13,842 bases of DNA from NCBI GenBank assembly GCA_964447635.1, contig CAYUUC010000072.1, forward strand, positions 1 to 13,842, given 5' to 3'. Shown one piece after another: positions 6,251 to 13,842 of the stretch (positions within the stretch are counted from its first letter, which is position 1; each line of letters opens with the position of its first letter). A model generated the notes under the pieces. It did no database searches and was not told the origin of the DNA. It worked only from the letters and a program-made list of their open reading frames with translations. The position numbers were made by a program, and so were the translations under genes. The stretch comes from an uncultured Spirochaetia bacterium. GTDB lineage: Bacteria; Spirochaetota; UBA6919; CAYUUC01.

Positions 6251-7099
6251 TTAATCTTCGTCATTCTTCTCATCTTCTACCTGACAAAGACTATCTGAAT
6301 CGAACGACACTCTCTGACCCGCTTTATTCCTTGAATAGTTGCCGAATTCTGAAAATTGATTCAGCATCTCCCTACTAATAACCGGACCTTCCACGCAAAG
6401 CCTTATCCCAACCGGGTCTATAGTACATTGACCGCATAAACCGATGGCACATTTCATATAACGTTCCAGCAGGAACTCAGCAGGTAGGTTATATTGGTTC
6501 AGGACTTCCAGTGCACCTTTCATCATTAATTCAGGTCCAGCAAGATAAACCATATCGTAAGCCTTTTCCTTCAATACTTCTCTCATTACATCAACCGTTG
6601 TACCTTTCTCACCGAATGAACCATCATCTGTTACATTGATAGATTTTAATCCCATGTAAGTATAGACCTTCTTAAAGATGAACTCACTCTCACTCACCGC
6701 ACCATTGATGACTGTTATGCGGTGGGTCTTCTCTTTGAGTTTACGGGCGAGGTACCTAAGAGGAGCTGTCCCGCAACCACCACCGACGATGAGGACTTCC
6801 TTATCTTCTATGCCGTCAAGAGTAAAGTGATTACCATACATACCCCGGCAAAACAACTGGTCTCCCTCAATCAACTTAAACATACGGGAGGTAAAATCCC
6901 CTATTCGCTTTACAGTTATACATAGATGATGTTTATGTGAGTCAGAGACGGAGAAAGGCTTCTCATCACTCTCATAATCAGTTATCATAAGGAATTGCCC
7001 GGGTTTGATGTCTTTAAAGCGGTTTGTTAGATAAAATGTCTTTGTATTTTCCGATTCATCCTCGATTCTAAGGATTTTTACTGCTAATCTTTTATCCAA
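6251..7099 (-). CDS. pyrK: Dihydroorotate dehydrogenase (class 1B) electron-transfer subunit
   Basis: FAD/NAD-binding ferredoxin-reductase-like fold (RFKDIKPGQF, GGGCGTAPL). C-terminal 2Fe-2S cysteine cluster CAIGLCGQC...C. The apparent start is TTG at 7099, with GGAG 7 nt upstream. It lies 13 bp downstream of pyrD. Confidence 0.85.
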   Translation of the reverse strand: MDKRLAVKILRIEDESENTKTFYLTNRFKDIKPGQFLMITDYESDEKPFSVSDSHKHHLCITVKRIGDFTSRMFKLIEGDQLFCRGMYGNHFTLDGIEDKEVLIVGGGCGTAPLRYLARKLKEKTHRITVINGAVSESEFIFKKVYTYMGLKSINVTDDGSFGEKGTTVDVMREVLKEKAYDMVYLAGPELMMKGALEVLNQYNLPAEFLLERYMKCAIGLCGQCTIDPVGIRLCVEGPVISREMLNQFSEFGNYSRNKAGQRVSFDSDSLCQVEDEKNDED

Positions 7100-7111
7100 A
7101 ATAAAACTCCG

Positions 7112-8026
7112 TTAATCTATCGGTTTAATGTCCCTAATGCTCTTATGACCTAGTTCATCCAGCAGTTTCAATGTTTCACGCTTGATTTTATTAAAAACCT
7201 CGATACCCCTGTAATATACCGCAGTCCCTATTCCAATAAGCCTAGCCCCTGCCATAACCATCTCTATGACATCATTACCCTTTACCACCCCACCGGTACC
7301 GATAATGGGTATCTTAACAGCTTTAGACACTTCATAAACCATCTTTACCGCTATAGGGCGGACAGCCGTGCCTGATATTCCACCGAACTTGTCCTTGATA
7401 ACAGGTTTCCCGGCATTGATGTCTATCATCATACCAGGACCTAGTGTATTGATAAGGACAAGTGCATCAGCTCCGGCTCGTTCAGCTTCGAGGCATATCT
7501 CTCTGACATTGTATGTATTAGGCGACATCTTCGCAATGATTGGCAGGTTGGACTTTTGCTTGACTTTGCTTATCACATCGCCTACCAACCCTTTAGAAGC
7601 GGACAATGGCACACCATATTCATCACTGACATTGGGGCAAGACAAGTTAAGCTCGAGGAAGTCCGCCCGGGACTGGTTTGAGTATTCGGTTAGCTTGAGG
7701 AACTCCTCAGCATTAGTACCAAATACACTAAGTATAAGAGGTGTATCGGTAACTGTTTTGAATTGCTCCACTTCTTTAAGTCCTTCTTCAATGCCGGGAT
7801 TACACAGACCCATCGAGTTAATCATCCCCGCTTCATACTCTGCTATGACCGGTCCATTATGTCCTGGGCGCGGTTCAAGAGTGAAGGACTTAGCAGTAAC
7901 CATGCCAGCTCCATTCTTTACAGCATTATTCATACCGGAATAGGACACACCCATCACACCGGAAGCTAGTACTAGTGGGTTATCCAAAGTCTTACCTAAA
8001 AAGTCTACCTTCAGTCTATCAGTCAT
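7112..8026 (-). CDS. pyrD: Dihydroorotate dehydrogenase catalytic subunit (class 1B, FMN TIM-barrel)
   Basis: LASGVMG, NSMGLCNPG, active-site LSCPNV, C-terminal IGTGGV and GIGTAV FMN-binding motifs. GGAAAGG SD before the ATG at 8026. Confidence 0.88.
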   Translation of the reverse strand: MTDRLKVDFLGKTLDNPLVLASGVMGVSYSGMNNAVKNGAGMVTAKSFTLEPRPGHNGPVIAEYEAGMINSMGLCNPGIEEGLKEVEQFKTVTDTPLILSVFGTNAEEFLKLTEYSNQSRADFLELNLSCPNVSDEYGVPLSASKGLVGDVISKVKQKSNLPIIAKMSPNTYNVREICLEAERAGADALVLINTLGPGMMIDINAGKPVIKDKFGGISGTAVRPIAVKMVYEVSKAVKIPIIGTGGVVKGNDVIEMVMAGARLIGIGTAVYYRGIEVFNKIKRETLKLLDELGHKSIRDIKPID

Positions 8027-8053
8027 ATAACCTTTCCATAAAGTAAAATTGGA

Positions 8054-8512
8054 CTATATATTAAAGTATTTGCTTATGATGTCAGCATTGAACACCTTTT
8101 CGCAATATAAGCATCTTAATTTAGTCTTATCATCGATTGAAAACACATCAAAGTTAGAATTAATTTCTTCTTTATTCGTTATACACTTCTCATTCGGACA
8201 TTTGATAATACCTTCTATCTTATTGGGACGCTTGACGGGTTTCTTACTTACAGCAACCATATTTTGAATTATGGTTAAAGTAGCATTGGGTGCTATAAGT
8301 GATATGCTATTTATCTGCTCGCTGTTAAACTCTTTGTTTTCAATCTTGATTATATCTTTCTTACCCATCTTTCCACTAGTTAGATTAGTTCCAATCATGA
8401 TTTGGTCGTCCTCGGAGAGTTTCAATATCTCAATTATCTTAAAGGCTTTACCAGCAGGTATATGATCGATAACTGTCCCGTCTTTAATTGGGTCTACCTT
8501 TAATTGTTTCAT
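8054..8512 (-). CDS. pyrI: Aspartate carbamoyltransferase regulatory subunit
   Basis: N-terminal allosteric domain (MKQLKVDPIKDGTVIDHIPAG). C-terminal zinc domain with four Cys (CPNEKC...CLYC). GGAG SD. Immediately downstream of pyrB. Confidence 0.88.
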   Translation of the reverse strand: MKQLKVDPIKDGTVIDHIPAGKAFKIIEILKLSEDDQIMIGTNLTSGKMGKKDIIKIENKEFNSEQINSISLIAPNATLTIIQNMVAVSKKPVKRPNKIEGIIKCPNEKCITNKEEINSNFDVFSIDDKTKLRCLYCEKVFNADIISKYFNI

Positions 8513-8578
8513 ATAAACACTTCTCCATAATCTATAATAACATTATTTAAACATTACAATACTACATAATCCTGTTTA

Positions 8579-9487
8579 TCAATTCATCTGACCTAACAAA
8601 GTGCTGATTAATGCCTGCCTCATATAAATACCATTCTTAGCCTGTTGGAAATAATATGCATATGGAGTTTTATCTACATCGGTGGTTATCTCATTTACAC
8701 GAGGAAGAGGATGCATGATTTTCATATTACTCTTGACATTATTTAGCATATTAGAGCTTATCTGATAGGAGTCTTTCACCTTCTCGTATTCCTCTGGGTC
8801 AATAAAGCGTTCTTTTTGGATACGGGTTACATACATCACGTCAATCTTATCCATGATTTGGTCCGGCTCCTGGTATTCCTCATAATCCATTCCCGACTTC
8901 TTCAAGTCACTCTTGATGTGTTTTGGCATCTGCAGGTGGGTTGGTGAAACGAGGTATAACTTTGGTGAAAAATGCATCAGTCCATAAACCAGCGAATGAA
9001 CTGTTCTACCCATCTTTAAGTCTCCGACCATGGCGATGGATATGTTGTTTAGCCGTCCCTGTGTCTTATAAATAGAGTATAGGTCAAGAAGAGCTTGAGT
9101 GGGATGCTGGTTAGAACCATCCCCAGCGTTAATCACAGGTTTATCGGATATCTCTGAGGCGTATTGAGCCGCTCCTTCCCATTCAGTCCGGGTTATAATT
9201 AAGTCGGAGTATGCGCTAACCATTCGAATGGTATCAGCGAAGGTTTCACCTTTCTTGACTGATGTGGTTTGGGTTCCAGTCATGATGATAGTCTTACCAT
9301 TGAGTTGCTTCATAGCGGTATCGAAGGAGAATAGTGTTCTGGTGGAAGGCTCAAAAAACATCAATGCGGAGACGAATTTGGATAGGTCCGGTTTATTACC
9401 ATCACCCATTTCTATCTTTTCAGCACGCTCAATAAGCAGTAGTATATCATCTTTAGTAATATATCTCATAGAAGTGACATTTTCCAT
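8579..9487 (-). CDS. pyrB: Aspartate carbamoyltransferase catalytic subunit
   Basis: Carbamoyl-phosphate binding STRT (FFEPSTRTLFSF), HPTQ and HPLP motifs. AGGAG SD upstream of the ATG at 9487. The true start could instead be Met7 (MRYITKDD). Confidence 0.9.
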   Translation of the reverse strand: MENVTSMRYITKDDILLLIERAEKIEMGDGNKPDLSKFVSALMFFEPSTRTLFSFDTAMKQLNGKTIIMTGTQTTSVKKGETFADTIRMVSAYSDLIITRTEWEGAAQYASEISDKPVINAGDGSNQHPTQALLDLYSIYKTQGRLNNISIAMVGDLKMGRTVHSLVYGLMHFSPKLYLVSPTHLQMPKHIKSDLKKSGMDYEEYQEPDQIMDKIDVMYVTRIQKERFIDPEEYEKVKDSYQISSNMLNNVKSNMKIMHPLPRVNEITTDVDKTPYAYYFQQAKNGIYMRQALISTLLGQMN

Positions 9488-9693
9488 ATGATAAAACCGC
9501 TCCTAAGTTAAACAAAATTAGGTTAATAATAATACAAAAAAACATATGAGTAAAAAAGTTATATTAGGATTTAGGCGATATATCGAAACATTTTTCATTT
9601 TACATAAATTTTATTCACTATTTATTGATGATACCCTTATCTGGTTTTAATAATGGACTTATGTTAAGAATTCTTTAAACATAATAATCTAAA

Positions 9694-10950
9694 TCATATA
9701 TATTTAATTGATATAATGGTATAGTCATCAGCCTGGTCTTTATTATGGTCCATAAAGTCTTTTAAGGTGGATTCTATATAGCTAGATAGAGTTTCTGGTG
9801 TCTGATTTATACATGATTCGGTAGTCTTAATAAGCCTTTCCTCGCCGAACATTTCACCTTTATGGTTACTGGATTCCGTTACCCCATCCGTATAAAGGAA
9901 TATAATATCCCCTTCATATAAGTCTTCTTCATGCTGTTCATACATGTGACCTTCAATAGCCCCAAACAAAGGATCATTACCCTTCAAAAATTTAGAACTA
10001 CCATCACTTTTAACCAATATGGGAGGATTATGTCCAGCATTGGTAAAATATAACTTATGATTTCTTATGTCTATCAAACCATAGAAGAATGTACAAAACT
10101 TCTTACTCTTCGTGAAAGCAACAACAGTATTGTTAAGAATATTACACATCTCTTTGGTAGAGGTTATCGCCTTGGACATAGTGCTGAATAATGCCATCAC
10201 TGTAGACATAATGAGAGCAGCAGAAACACCTTTCCCGGAAACATCTCCTATAGCCACCCCAACAGTATGATCATTAAACTTGACGAAATTGTAAATATCC
10301 CCGCTAACCTGATAATATGGTTTATAGATAATGGATGCACATAGATTATTTATCGAGGGGAAAGTCTCCGGTAGAATCATCCTCTGGACTTCGGAAGCCA
10401 TCATCATATCACGCTTAAGCATCTTGTTTCTTAGCTCCATCTTGTGTAGGTAATGGTTCTCCACAGCAATAGCTGCGGGTACAGCCAGTGCTTCCAAGAA
10501 CTGGGCATCTTCATCAGTAAAGCCCCTCGGTTTATTCATAAGCTGGATAACGCCGATAATTTTACCATTATAATTCTTCATAGGAACGGTGCATAGGTTT
10601 TCAGTATGTCCACCAATCTTCTTATCGATATCTGATGAGAACCTATTATCGGAATAAGCATGATTGGTTATTATCCTTTCACCAGTCTTGGCACATGTAC
10701 CCGAGACTCCATTCCCAATATCCATTTCAATGGTTTCTAGCCTGGGATCATCCATAGCTGCTGAATAGATAGTCTGTTTTTCTTCATCGATGAGGTATAT
10801 GGTGCAAAATTGTGCGTTGAGGTTCTGGGTTGCTGATTTACGGAATGTTTCCAGGATTTCTGGAAGGTCGAGTTTAGTATTTACAACCTTTGATATTTCA
10901 ACCAGGGATTCTAGTTGATATATTTTTTCTTGAAGTTTCTTTATTTCCAT
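9694..10950 (-). CDS. GAF-domain-containing PP2C-type Ser/Thr phosphatase (SpoIIE/RsbU family)
   Basis: N-terminal coiled-coil plus GAF region. The C-terminal PP2C/SpoIIE domain has metal-binding aspartates in GDVSGKG, YTDGVTE and DDYTII. AAGG SD before the ATG at 10950. It lies 101 bp downstream of the histidine kinase on the same strand. Confidence 0.85.
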   Translation of the reverse strand: MEIKKLQEKIYQLESLVEISKVVNTKLDLPEILETFRKSATQNLNAQFCTIYLIDEEKQTIYSAAMDDPRLETIEMDIGNGVSGTCAKTGERIITNHAYSDNRFSSDIDKKIGGHTENLCTVPMKNYNGKIIGVIQLMNKPRGFTDEDAQFLEALAVPAAIAVENHYLHKMELRNKMLKRDMMMASEVQRMILPETFPSINNLCASIIYKPYYQVSGDIYNFVKFNDHTVGVAIGDVSGKGVSAALIMSTVMALFSTMSKAITSTKEMCNILNNTVVAFTKSKKFCTFFYGLIDIRNHKLYFTNAGHNPPILVKSDGSSKFLKGNDPLFGAIEGHMYEQHEEDLYEGDIIFLYTDGVTESSNHKGEMFGEERLIKTTESCINQTPETLSSYIESTLKDFMDHNKDQADDYTIISIKYI

Positions 10951-11051
10951 ACAAAGCCTTATTATATTGACATAATTGTGTTAACCTAATAGCTAACTAT
11001 TTTAAGTATAATGAATTATTGATACTACCAACAAGCAAATTATATAAATAT

Positions 11052-13655
11052 TTAAATATTTTGCATAAACTCAATGGTAAATTTTGTACCTTTATCGCTA
11101 TCAATACTAAAAGAGCCTTTTAATCTTTCCTCGACTAAACTCTTAGCTATCTTAAGACCAAGAGAGTTCAGATTGTTAATATTCAAATCTTGTTTTAATC
11201 CTATACCATCATCAGATATTATTAGAGAATATAAATATTCTTTATTTTTTAATGGTATATTTTTATCATCCTGTTGATTCTCAGGTTCTCTTTTAAAGAA
11301 CTCTATCTTAATATTACCTTTATTATCGGGGAAAGCATATTTTAAAGAATTGGAGACTAATTCGGTAATAATTAATCCACATGGTATTGCTAATCCTACA
11401 TCCAAAAATAGATTACTAACCAATATCTCTCTATTAATCTTTCCATACTTACCATAAGAATAAAAGAGACTATCGACCAGGTTCTTTATATACTCACCAA
11501 AATTAATCTTCTCTGAGGTTTCTGAGCTATACAGATTTTCATGTATTATTGACATAGACTTTATTCGATTCTGACTCTCCTTAAAGATTTGCTTAATCTT
11601 TTCATCATTTATGTGTAGAGATTGAATACTCAATAGGCTTGCTATAACCTGTAGATTGTTCTTAACCCTATGATGGACTTCCTTTAGCAAGGTCTCTTTT
11701 TCTTTCAACAGCGATTTCAGCTTCTCTTCAGCCTGTATCCTAGCTGTTATATCCTCCACTATTGTGGCGAAGAAGCCATCCTTCAAGCTGTAAGCATATA
11801 TAGAGAGCCATTTATTGAGGGGTCTGATGAATTGTTCGAATCTTACTTCCTCGCCTTTTAATGCCACATCTCCAAAAACATTGACCCAGTTCTTTTCCGG
11901 AGTATTGATGATATGAGTAAAATCTACTAAGGCTTTTTTACCGATGAAATCCTTCTTCTCTCCTTCCATTATCCGTTCAAAAGCCCGGTTAACCTTTAGT
12001 ATAATATAATCGACGGGTTTATTATTGTTATCAACTATAATTTTATTATAAGCAAAACCATTAATCATGTTGGTAAATAAAGAACGATACTTATCCTCGC
12101 TTTGTTTCAATTCATCTTCAGAATGCTTCCTTTCTGTTATATCCTCACAGATACATATACCACCGTGGATTTCTCCATCTTCGTCTATTATCGGATTAAA
12201 CATGGCTTTTAAAATAGCCGATTTTTTAGTTATAACGGATTTATAGAAACCTTCAAAGGTGGACTCTTTACCTTCTAAACATTGCGTCACAGCCCCTTTC
12301 ATTTCGGGATTGTCTATCATGCTAATTATATTAAAGCCGGAATATGTCTTTTTCCCGGTAGAAAAAGTATTAATGAAGGCATCATTAAAATGGGTTATGT
12401 ATCCATTACTATCAAAGCGGAAGATACCGATTGGCGACCTTTCAAATATTGCCCGGTATTTCTTCTCTGAGTTTCTAAGGATGGTTTGTGTCTTGGCTAG
12501 TTTAGTGATATCCTGTCCTGATATTAATAAACCGATAGGTTGGTTATTATGGTCTTTTAGTAAGGTGCTTTTCCAATCGATTATCTTCTTGTTACCGGTT
12601 TTATCGTATATATAACTATTTTCCAGTTCATATACTGAAGATTCCATCGATAATTTCATATTAAATGAATCCCTCATTTTACCTCTTATTTCTTCTGGAA
12701 TAAAGTCATTATAGAGGTTCTTCCCGATGATGTCTTCTTCTCTAAATCCTAAAATCTCACATCCTTTTCTGTTAATCATGGTTATACTGCCTTCAGTATC
12801 GGTGGTTAATAGTATCACTTCGGCAATGTCAAGATATTTCTGGGCTTTATCCCTCTCTTCTTTTATGATTTTCTCTGAGTTTAACTTTTCGGTGATATCG
12901 TTTATTAAAGCTATATACCCGATTAGTTCTCCGTTATCATTTCTCTTATAATTCCAATTTACCTGAACATATATAGACTTACCGGATTTGGTTACATTCT
13001 TTAATACAAAATGCTGTGGGGAAGGTTGCTTGAGAGTATAATACTTGAATCTCCTATAGAACTCATTCTTTAATCCATGGTTATCGATTAATCCATATAT
13101 CTCCTTACCTAAAAGCTCTTCCGGTTCAAAACCGAAAATCCTAGTGGTTCCTTGGTTAATAAATGTAATGATAGCTTTTGTATCACATTCTATGATACCT
13201 TGTGGGATGGTTTCAAACAGGGTCTTGTATCTTTTTTCGCTTTCCCGCAAGCGATATTCCTTTTCTATAAGTTCCTTATCCCTATTATGGTTGTATAGAG
13301 CCAGTTCAATCGTTGTATATAAGGCTTTTCGTTCATAAGGTTTGATGATATAGCCATATGGTTTGGTTAATTTTGCTCGATTGAAGGTATTATCATCGGT
13401 ATGGGCTGTAAGGTAAACCACTGGTATGTCATATTTATTCTGAATGATGGAAGCAGCATTGATGCCATCAACTTTACCCTTAAGCATAATATCCATTAAT
13501 ATCAAATCTAATTCATTATCGGAAACGATATTTAGGGCTTTCTCACCGGTGGTTATTATATCTACAATCTCATAACCAAATTCTACCAATGTATCTTTCA
13601 AATCTTCTGCTACGATTAGCTCATTCTCTACTATCAATAATTTAGGTTGGCTCAT
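11052..13655 (-). CDS. Hybrid sensor histidine kinase: N-terminal receiver (REC) domain, four PAS/PAC domains, HisKA_2-type dimerisation/phosphoacceptor and HATPase_c domains
   Basis: REC: LLIVENE...LILMDIMLKG...KPY. PAS cores: YKTLFETIPQGIIECD, LDIAEVILLTTDTEGSITMINRKG, YRAIFERSPIGIFRFDSNGY, YRSLFTNMINGFAYNKII. H-box EVHHRVKNNLQVIASLLSIQS (HisKA_2 signature). N-box ELVSNSLKYAF, G1 ISDDGIGL, G2 GLGLKIAKSLV. Confidence 0.9.
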   Translation of the reverse strand: MSQPKLLIVENELIVAEDLKDTLVEFGYEIVDIITTGEKALNIVSDNELDLILMDIMLKGKVDGINAASIIQNKYDIPVVYLTAHTDDNTFNRAKLTKPYGYIIKPYERKALYTTIELALYNHNRDKELIEKEYRLRESEKRYKTLFETIPQGIIECDTKAIITFINQGTTRIFGFEPEELLGKEIYGLIDNHGLKNEFYRRFKYYTLKQPSPQHFVLKNVTKSGKSIYVQVNWNYKRNDNGELIGYIALINDITEKLNSEKIIKEERDKAQKYLDIAEVILLTTDTEGSITMINRKGCEILGFREEDIIGKNLYNDFIPEEIRGKMRDSFNMKLSMESSVYELENSYIYDKTGNKKIIDWKSTLLKDHNNQPIGLLISGQDITKLAKTQTILRNSEKKYRAIFERSPIGIFRFDSNGYITHFNDAFINTFSTGKKTYSGFNIISMIDNPEMKGAVTQCLEGKESTFEGFYKSVITKKSAILKAMFNPIIDEDGEIHGGICICEDITERKHSEDELKQSEDKYRSLFTNMINGFAYNKIIVDNNNKPVDYIILKVNRAFERIMEGEKKDFIGKKALVDFTHIINTPEKNWVNVFGDVALKGEEVRFEQFIRPLNKWLSIYAYSLKDGFFATIVEDITARIQAEEKLKSLLKEKETLLKEVHHRVKNNLQVIASLLSIQSLHINDEKIKQIFKESQNRIKSMSIIHENLYSSETSEKINFGEYIKNLVDSLFYSYGKYGKINREILVSNLFLDVGLAIPCGLIITELVSNSLKYAFPDNKGNIKIEFFKREPENQQDDKNIPLKNKEYLYSLIISDDGIGLKQDLNINNLNSLGLKIAKSLVEERLKGSFSIDSDKGTKFTIEFMQNI

Positions 13656-13793
13656 TTATGCATATCCTATTTACATAATTGGTCTTTATATATAAAATAA
13701 TGGAAATTATGTTATATAAAAAAATAACATATTATATACTTTTTATTAAAGTATTAAGATAATAATAAGGTTAATAATTTTATAGAAAGTTAA

Positions 13794-13842
13794 ATGAATT
13801 TAAATATTGTAACTGGGATCACCGGAATAAGAAATTTGCAAT
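13794..13842 (+). CDS. Possible 5' end of a divergently transcribed gene running off the window (MNLNIVTGITGIRNLQ...)
   Basis: ATG at 13794 with a weak AGAAAG SD-like motif 5 nt upstream. Open to the window end. The N-terminus resembles a Rossmann-type VTGxTG start. Too short to support further. Confidence 0.25.
   Translation, partial: MNLNIVTGITGIRNLQ

Noticed and set aside
6722-8465. Plus-strand ORFs overlapping pyrK, pyrD and pyrI (6722..6925, 7368..7943, 7763..7969, 8049..8267, 8271..8465)
   Set aside because: They are antisense to highly conserved pyrimidine-biosynthesis CDSs. 7368..7943 is long only because the reverse strand of a GC-richer gene lacks stops.
9488-9693. PyrR-binding attenuator or leader peptide upstream of pyrB
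   Set aside because: No sequence resembling the conserved PyrR binding loop and no short leader ORF with RBS was seen. Only the AT-rich palindromes are reported, as a low-interest note.
11074-13338. Plus-strand ORFs inside the histidine-kinase gene (11074..11277, 12259..12615, 12282..12470, 12727..12951, 13144..13338)
   Set aside because: They are antisense to a CDS with full REC/PAS/HK motif support. The translations are hydrophobic and low-complexity.
13709-13730. 7-8-7 inverted repeat ATGTTAT-N8-ATAACAT upstream of the histidine kinase, with the same arm/spacer geometry as the 5118 palindrome
   Set aside because: The arms are short and purely A/T-rich apart from a single G/C pair. They sit in a 190-bp stretch that is more than 85% A/T, where such repeats arise by chance. 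The sequence is not similar to the 5118 site.
1-13842. CRISPR arrays, tRNA/rRNA genes, IS elements, integrases, terminal inverted repeats
   Set aside because: None found on reading both strands. The only tandem repeat is the in-frame coding hexamer repeat at 1117..1284.

Overview
AT-rich prokaryotic chromosomal segment, roughly one-third GC by eye. Most genes have Shine-Dalgarno-like GGAG/AGGAG motifs upstream. I see no rRNA, tRNA, CRISPR array, transposase or integrase. Features in order: (1) the 3' two-thirds of a membrane fatty-acid desaturase with three His boxes, + strand, running off the left edge. (2) A two-gene + strand operon: a YqiJ/NfeD-like membrane protein with a C-terminal OB-fold, then a flotillin (SPFH/band-7) protein. 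The YqiJ-like gene contains an unusual ~165-bp imperfect hexanucleotide repeat (GAT-GYN) that encodes about 28 Asp-X dipeptides. (3) A stand-alone minus-strand gene convergent with the flotillin gene. It encodes an N-terminal PIN-like domain fused to a Hanks-type (eukaryotic-like) protein kinase domain. Its reading frame is broken at an A9/T9 homopolymer. A -1 shift there restores a ~125-aa, conserved-looking, very Lys/Arg-rich C-terminal extension. This is the most unusual locus in the window. (4) A divergently transcribed secreted purple-acid-phosphatase-like metallophosphoesterase. The shared 161-bp intergenic region carries a perfect 9-8-9 palindrome. (5) A minus-strand pyrimidine operon, pyrB-pyrI-pyrD-pyrK, with a class 1B dihydroorotate dehydrogenase, a TTG start on pyrK and an AU-rich hairpin after it. 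(6) A minus-strand signalling pair: a hybrid REC-4xPAS-HisKA_2/HATPase histidine kinase immediately upstream of a GAF-PP2C (SpoIIE/RsbU-like) phosphatase. A possible short N-terminal fragment of another + strand gene lies at the right edge. The gene content mixes archaeal-style traits (HisKA_2 multi-PAS kinase, pyrBI plus pyrDK) with bacterial-style ones (fatty-acid desaturase, RsbU-like phosphatase), so I cannot place the organism from sequence alone.
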